Origin: Desulfurococcaceae archaeon | GTDB taxonomy: Archaea; Thermoproteota; Thermoprotei_A; Sulfolobales; Desulfurococcaceae | Assembly (NCBI GenBank): GCA_038888155.1 | Contig: JAWAJB010000025.1 | Location: 1-13,616, forward strand | Reading direction: 5' to 3' | Length of the DNA: 13,616 nt | Part shown: in pieces, positions 8,060-13,616 of the stretch | How positions within the stretch are numbered: the first letter of the stretch is position 1 | Layout: every line of letters begins with the position of its first letter | The notes under the pieces: generated by a model | Told to the model about the DNA's origin: nothing | The model's database searches: none | The model's input: only the letters and a program-made list of their open reading frames with translations | Made by a program: the position numbers and the translations under genes

Positions 8060-9168
8060 AGAATCGCCTCAAGATGTCCCACTACAGTTTAAACATACGT
8101 TTGATAACTTAAACAATTCGAACTTTAAAACTATAAAACTAGTTCTATCCTCTTTACCCTTGAACAACCAAAGCACTTTTGGTAGTGTACCTGTAGCGTG
8201 AGCTCAATGCTTTATCTGGTTCTTAGCTATATTTTCACTAAGAAACCTTTAGCTTCTTGTGATACTATAAGACGTTTTGTTCTCAAAGGCCGTAGTTTTT
8301 TCTTGGTTCTCAATTAATGATCTTGGTGTTTTAATCAAGCCCCTTAGGTTTAAACCTGTACCTACTCCACTATATTTACGTCCAGAATATCGCCAGTACC
8401 GCGAAAACCCATGTTGCAGATCCAAAAGTGCAAAACTTTAATCCGGCTACATCAACTTCCACTAGTTTAACCTCTTAATTTAGCAATAAATAAATTCAAT
8501 TCACTAAACACACCATCCGCCAATAAACTAGCCTATTTTTTCAACACCAGGAAGAATTTCTAGCTACTGCTACTATGTTTGAGACCAACATTAGCAGCAC
8601 CTGAACCCTAGCGTAAATGGTCTTTACGCCTTACCCCTTGACCTATTTTGAGCCCAACACAGCTTTTAGCACTCAAAGTAATATAGACACCGGGATCAAG
8701 AGATATAGTGATTTTACGATATGCAAGTTCAAAATACTTAAACATGATAACTAGGCACAGCACTATTGTAGAGTAAAGAGAACGTGTAAAGTTGAAATGC
8801 TACATATCGTGCATTTAACGACTAACTTCACAAGTTATCTTAGGTTTACGGTTAATTTTGTGAACAGTTCACTGGTCCAAGGCTATTAGTTGTATAGCAT
8901 AGCTGTATTAGGTGTCACACTGTGCTATAATGCTTCAATGCTTATTAGCTTTTATATGTTCCATAGCATTCGTATCTTCTTATTTTTCATGGAATGCCCC
9001 TTAAAATTAAGCTCTTGAACTTCGTCCTTAAAACTAGTCTTGCATCGACATTATAGAACGAGGCCTTAGGTCCTTTGCACTACTAGAGCGGTATTTGGTG
9101 TTCATGTAATATACTACTTTGTAGTTATACAATTGTAAATAGTTATTAGATAGTTATAATTCATAAAT

Positions 9169-9687
9169 TTAGTAGCTCGTTTCTGTTAAAAACGCTTGGT
9201 ATTGTAGAACGAAAACGAGGTCTGATAATCTATTCAATAGAATACCTATGTTTTTGCACCATAATTCTGTTTCATTGAAGCAATGCCAAAACCATCTTTC
9301 AGCTCTCCTAACAATAGCTCTAACAATAGCAATTACAGCAACACCTCCGTATCTTGAGCTCTTGATATAACTGGGGATGAGAGTTTTCGGTTTAGGCTTT
9401 TCGTCGATCTTCTTCTCGATCTCTACTATAACGCTTTCATCAGGACACCAATTATTCTGAAGAGACGTTGTGATCTTTGAAATTAACCCATATACATATT
9501 CAAGTTCTTTAGCTACAGATTCGCTAGAATACTTCTCGATAGCTAGACCCGTAAAAGTTAGTGCTTCATCTAGGGAGCCTATGAAATGTATACATGGATG
9601 GTATTTGGGAAACTTAATAGCGTCAATAACGGTGATTCCATTATCTCCTTGTCGAGTATAAACAGTCGTGATAGCAGGTGTATTCAT
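9169..9687 (-). CDS. pduO: PduO-type ATP:cob(I)alamin adenosyltransferase
   Basis: Motifs VYTRQGDNGIT, GSLDEAL, RAIVRRAER and LNRLSDLVF. GAGGT SD upstream. Confidence 0.92.
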   Translation of the reverse strand: MNTPAITTVYTRQGDNGITVIDAIKFPKYHPCIHFIGSLDEALTFTGLAIEKYSSESVAKELEYVYGLISKITTSLQNNWCPDESVIVEIEKKIDEKPKPKTLIPSYIKSSRYGGVAVIAIVRAIVRRAERWFWHCFNETELWCKNIGILLNRLSDLVFVLQYQAFLTETSY

Positions 9688-10019
9688 CGATTTTAACCTC
9701 AGACTTCAAATTAAAAGTAGTCAACCATGGTAAATAAACACGCAAAAGCTGTAGCACGTTTCATTAGCATTAAATGGTTTCTTGCACATTCTCCAGGTCT
9801 AAAGCCCTGAGTACAGAAATATAACATCCGCTTCCCTCTTCTGCAATGTCATTGTAATTTCATGAATAGTCGCCTTGGTAAGTCTTGCTATGATGTTTTG
9901 CAGCGCTTACGTGCTATGATACGAGTGTAACGTGATGTCAAGCTTTGTTAAGCTATTATCAGAGATCATGGTTATAACTTATATGAGTAGTTATGGCATA
10001 GGTAAATTTGAATTGAAGA

Positions 10020-10802
10020 ATGTTGATGTGTATGCGAGTACGTATTCCATGCTATATATACGCAGATTTATTATTCAAAAAACTAGTAAAAGTTGTTAGC
10101 ATACATGAGTGTGATTGTATAGCTTTAAGCGGAGGTATAGATACATCAGTTATTCTATTGGCGTCTTTAGAAGCCGGGTTAAAACCTAGGGGTTACACCG
10201 CTATGTATAGCCATGGTTTACCCAAAGATCTGATGTACGTTAATTACATATCCAAAGTATTCAACATTGATGTGGAGCTTGTTCAAGTATCCAATGAAGC
10301 TATTGAAGATCTAAAAAACAATGTCATTGAATGTATCGGCATAGATAAGGTTAATTCTCATAAGAATGGGGGTTGTGTAGAGATTAGAAATGATATAGTA
10401 TTTTATGCAACACTTAAGAAGGCCAAAGATGATGGATGTAGATGTGTTCTTGTCGGTAGTGGTGGCGACGAACTATTCGCAGGCTACAGCTTTATGCTTA
10501 ATTTAATTAGCGAAGACCTTGAAGAAACCATCCGTAGGCTCGCTCGAGGCAGGTATGCAGAGCTTGAAATAGCTAAATGCCTGGGTGTAAAGGTTGTTGC
10601 ACCCTTTCTAAATGATGTCATTATAGAACTTGCTGAGGAAATTCCAGTAGAATGCATAAGGTCGGAGAAAATGCTAGGAAAAGAAATTCTTAGAGAAATT
10701 TTAAACAAAAAAGGTCTTTACCTCATTAGCGAAAGAGCTAAAACCCCCGCTGAAAGCGGTGCTGGAACTATTACCATATGTAAATCCATATACGATGAGT
10801 AA
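10020..10802 (+). CDS. Stand-alone asparagine-synthase C-terminal (PP-loop synthetase) domain protein, no glutaminase domain
   Basis: Motifs ALSGGIDTS, GSGGDELFAGY, APFL, GKEILRE and RAKTP. At 260 aa it has no N-terminal Ntn domain. The exact start among ATG 10020/10026/10032 is uncertain. Confidence 0.85.
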   Translation: MLMCMRVRIPCYIYADLLFKKLVKVVSIHECDCIALSGGIDTSVILLASLEAGLKPRGYTAMYSHGLPKDLMYVNYISKVFNIDVELVQVSNEAIEDLKNNVIECIGIDKVNSHKNGGCVEIRNDIVFYATLKKAKDDGCRCVLVGSGGDELFAGYSFMLNLISEDLEETIRRLARGRYAELEIAKCLGVKVVAPFLNDVIIELAEEIPVECIRSEKMLGKEILREILNKKGLYLISERAKTPAESGAGTITICKSIYDE

Positions 10803-11751
10803 AACGTTACGGAATAACCCTGTAAAGCCTTGCTCATGATCTTAAATAGGTTCAGCAACAAAGAGGTACTTTGGTTATTATTGTTTAAAAGAACGGTTGA
10901 TATTGTCTATTGAGACTTGAAATACTATGTTGAGGGCAACGTTATTCGTCGAGTACTATTGATAGAAATACCCAGGATATTCTACGCTCTAAAGCAATAG
11001 TAGTGCTGTATTAGAGGCGTTCACTTATCTCCGAGGTTGAAGCTGTTTGATCAAGAGAGGTATATAATGCATAGACCCAAAAAGAGCTTTCGCAGAATAT
11101 GATAGTAAGCTGGCAGCAAAGCTAATTTAATCAAATATGCCACCAGGAGGTTGAAGAAGTAGTGATTCTGGGATGATCGAGATTATTAGCACGGTAGATC
11201 GTCCTTCTGAGTAGATCAAGTTATGAACCAAATAAGTAGAAATTTGCGCGATAGAGTTTAATCGAATAAGAACCATGCAAATTAGCTTTATCATCAATGT
11301 TCCCCGCGGGTTATTCTTCAGGGTTTCGAGCGATCGAGAAGTTGCATTCTCCATTAGTATGCTCTCTTACTCTCTTATACCCGTTATATCCTAAACGTCC
11401 TTATCACGAAGGCTCGTTAAGCGGTAGCACAGCATCTCAACGACAAACGAACGTTGCGCAGATACAGCATTACAGCATCAAATTATTATTGACTATATAT
11501 TCAACGATGTGAATTTCGGATTACTACTAAATTGACTTGAGAACTTCAATCTCGTTCCAACATCACATGGATCGCGAAACTAGTTGCTTCGTAATTGCTA
11601 CTCGCTGCTAATTACATAAAAGACTCTGTTCATGTATAAGATGCCGAACTCAGGCTTGATCGATATCTGCACAGCCAACTACAACAGTTACGACAATAGC
11701 TACTATTGGTTTGAGCTTGCGATAGTAATTATTCTGTATATCCGTATAACT

Positions 11752-12405
11752 CTAAGCATTGTTCACCTTACTAGATGCTGAACTACTAAGTCTCCGTAAG
11801 AGTGCGTAAGAGGATATTACCGTTAATCGCGAGAGTGGTATAGCTAAGCAGAGCTTTGCGATATCCCATGGTATAAAGGGCATTACTCCGGTTACTGTAG
11901 CCGTTATAATTGCCTGTAAAAAGTTAATACCACCCACGAACACGTACCATGCGGTAAGCCATGAAGCTCCCAAGGCGTATATGATCATTAATTGAGCTAA
12001 GCCTGCGATCAGTCCTCGCTTAGCTGATAACGTTCCTTTCGGTACTAGTCTACCAGCTACTAATGTTCCTGCAATAAAACCGATAAGGTACCCAAATGTC
12101 GGTGACAGCACGTACGCAAGGCCTCCACCATAAGCAAAGACCGGGGCTCCTATCAAACCTAGTAGAACATACGTGGCCACGTATCTCCACGCCTGTGCAC
12201 CATTTGTGAATAACAAGCAGTGAAGAACCATTGTCTGAAGAGTAAAGGGTACAGGAGTGAATGGTGCTGTTATCTTGATCCGAGCACCCAAGGAAAGAGT
12301 CAATACACTTATAGCAACACGTAATAGCTCCATAACGATAAACCTCTGAGAACTACGGCTTTTCGCGATAACCACGGGGACTACTAATTGCTTTCTTCTC
12401 CGCAC
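11752..12405 (-). CDS. bioY: Biotin transporter S-component BioY
   Basis: Motifs PFTPVPFTLQT, GLIGAPVFA, PTFGYLIGF and PFIPWDIAK. Hydrophobic. GGTGG SD before GTG. Confidence 0.92.
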   Translation of the reverse strand: MRRRKQLVVPVVIAKSRSSQRFIVMELLRVAISVLTLSLGARIKITAPFTPVPFTLQTMVLHCLLFTNGAQAWRYVATYVLLGLIGAPVFAYGGGLAYVLSPTFGYLIGFIAGTLVAGRLVPKGTLSAKRGLIAGLAQLMIIYALGASWLTAWYVFVGGINFLQAIITATVTGVMPFIPWDIAKLCLAIPLSRLTVISSYALLRRLSSSASSKVNNA

Positions 12406-12432
12406 AGACTACCACCGCTACACCTAAGGCTT

Positions 12433-12461
12433 TAATTTCTATCCCCAGGGGTTATAAAGTA
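12433..12461 (-). promoter_or_regulatory. Candidate bioY TATA box (TTTATAA, 12452-12458) embedded in an imperfect palindrome centred on CCCC-A-GGGG
   Basis: TTTATAA on the minus strand about 47 nt upstream of GTG 12405. Dyad symmetry around 12447. Confidence 0.4.
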
Positions 12462-12973
12462 TAATGGATCCTAGATCATGGATTCAACTATCTTAGTCCA
12501 ATCCTGCATACTTGTCTAATTCCACGTGCACCGTTTCCTCGCACCCCAGTTCTTTTTAGCAGTTTTTTACCGACGTGGCAAGTTCACTAGTTGAAACCTC
12601 TAGGTGAGTTCCACATCTGCAAAAGTATCCTGTGAACTCTCCAGTGGGAGAACGCGCTTTTCTCCAAGTTTGCTCTGCTTAGAGCTCTACCTAGGTAGTT
12701 CGCTTGAAGCATCATGAGCTATTACGAGGATCAACGCTGATGCGGTAGTGTTGAGAACCTCGGTAAGCTGTCAACAGTTAGTTTTTACCGAGATGAAGAT
12801 ACTACATGCTCAGCACATGTAGCTTCCTTTTGAGCTTCATCTTGAGGTACGCTAATGCGCGTGTCTCTAGGATTCATCCAATAGCTTAATCATCATTTAA
12901 TTAAATTTACTACTATAACAACTAGGAGTAGTGAAAGTGTTAAGTAGGAACGGCTGAAACTCCGCACGTTGTT

Positions 12974-13616
12974 TCATACATCTATGTAGTAAAAGACTTC
13001 AGCAGGGGTCGGATAAGACATTACTTTTCTTGATTCTTCTCTCTTCAGCTCAATATAAGTCTCCAATAGTTCATCTACGAATACTGGTTTAAGCCACTCA
13101 TTATCGCATTCAAGTTCATCTAGTGCTTCATCAAGGCTTCGTGGCAGTTCCCGTATACCTAGCTCTCTTCTCCTACTTTTTGACGTTTTGTAAACGTTCT
13201 CTTCTATGGGGTCTCCTGGGTCTATTTTCTTTTTAAGCCCGTCTAACCCCGCTAGTACAATTGCCGAGGTAGCCAAGTAGGGGTTTGCGCTGGGGTCGGG
13301 CGGTCTGTACTCTATTCTCATAGAGTTTTCGGTTACAGCGTAACCCGGTATTCTTACAGCTGCACTCCTATTACCTATACCCCACACCAGGTACACTGGT
13401 GCCTCGTAACCTGGCACGAGTCTCTTGTAGCTATTAACGGTAGGGTTGGTGAACGCTGCCAGTGCTCTGGCGTGTTCGAGTAAACCACCAATAAAGTACC
13501 TTGCTTCTTGACTTAAACGGTATCTTTCATTTGGATCGTAAAAAGATGTTTCTTTTGCCACGCCATAGACTTACATGCATGTGCGATCCACTACCGTTAT
13601 CTCCGTATATGGGCTT
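12974..13616 (-). CDS. glnA: Glutamine synthetase type I, C-terminal part (5' truncated by window), with a +1 frameshift at 13540-13544
   Basis: [18 protein letters not shown] is in one frame (from 13616). [22 protein letters not shown] and [12 protein letters not shown] are in the next frame. The ORF-track start at 13561 is an artefact of the shift. Confidence 0.93.

Noticed and set aside
8060-8400. Cobalamin riboswitch upstream of cobT
   Set aside because: The conserved GGGAA / GCCACTG / B12-box elements were not found and the region is AT-rich.
9470-10708. ORFs 9470-9661 (+) and 10484-10708 (-)
   Set aside because: Antisense shadows of pduO and the asparagine-synthase-like gene.
10803-11751. 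ORFs 11127-11354 (-) and 11297-11512 (+), possible pseudogene
   Set aside because: Mutually overlapping with no motifs. I could not assign any protein family by eye.
11752-12405. BioY repurposed as a corrinoid or lower-base transporter
   Set aside because: It retains typical BioY signature motifs and is separated from the cob genes. Proximity alone is insufficient.
12810-12896. Possible C/D box sRNA on the minus strand (ATGATGA ... CTGA)
   Set aside because: The span of about 87 nt is longer than typical archaeal C/D guides, internal boxes are poorly spaced, and no target was recognised.
1-13616. CRISPR array, tRNA/rRNA, transposase or integrase
   Set aside because: No regularly spaced repeats, cloverleaf or rRNA-like segments, or mobile-element ORFs were seen.

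Overview
Archaeal window, most likely a thermophilic Thermoproteota/Desulfurococcales-type genome (inferred from gene families and GAGGTG-type Shine-Dalgarno sites). It is dominated by a minus-strand cobamide salvage/nucleotide-loop operon: cobT, cbiZ-cobZ fusion, cobY, cobD, cobS, cbiB. A PduO-type corrinoid adenosyltransferase lies upstream. The cluster is bracketed by two glutaminase-less PP-loop amide-ligase genes: a DUF71/COG2102 (Dph6-like) protein and a stand-alone asparagine-synthase-like domain. No cbiP/cobQ, threonine kinase or corrinoid transporter is visible. The main hypothesis is a corrinoid salvage plus side-chain re-amidation (repair) system. The flanks are the 3' end of a GC-richer class III ribonucleotide reductase, bioY, and the 3' part of glnA. 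Anomalies seen directly: the CobS-like N-terminus can only be reached from a non-canonical start (ATA after a good SD), glnA has a +1 frameshift at a T5 run, and the glnA-bioY spacer is rich in hairpins.
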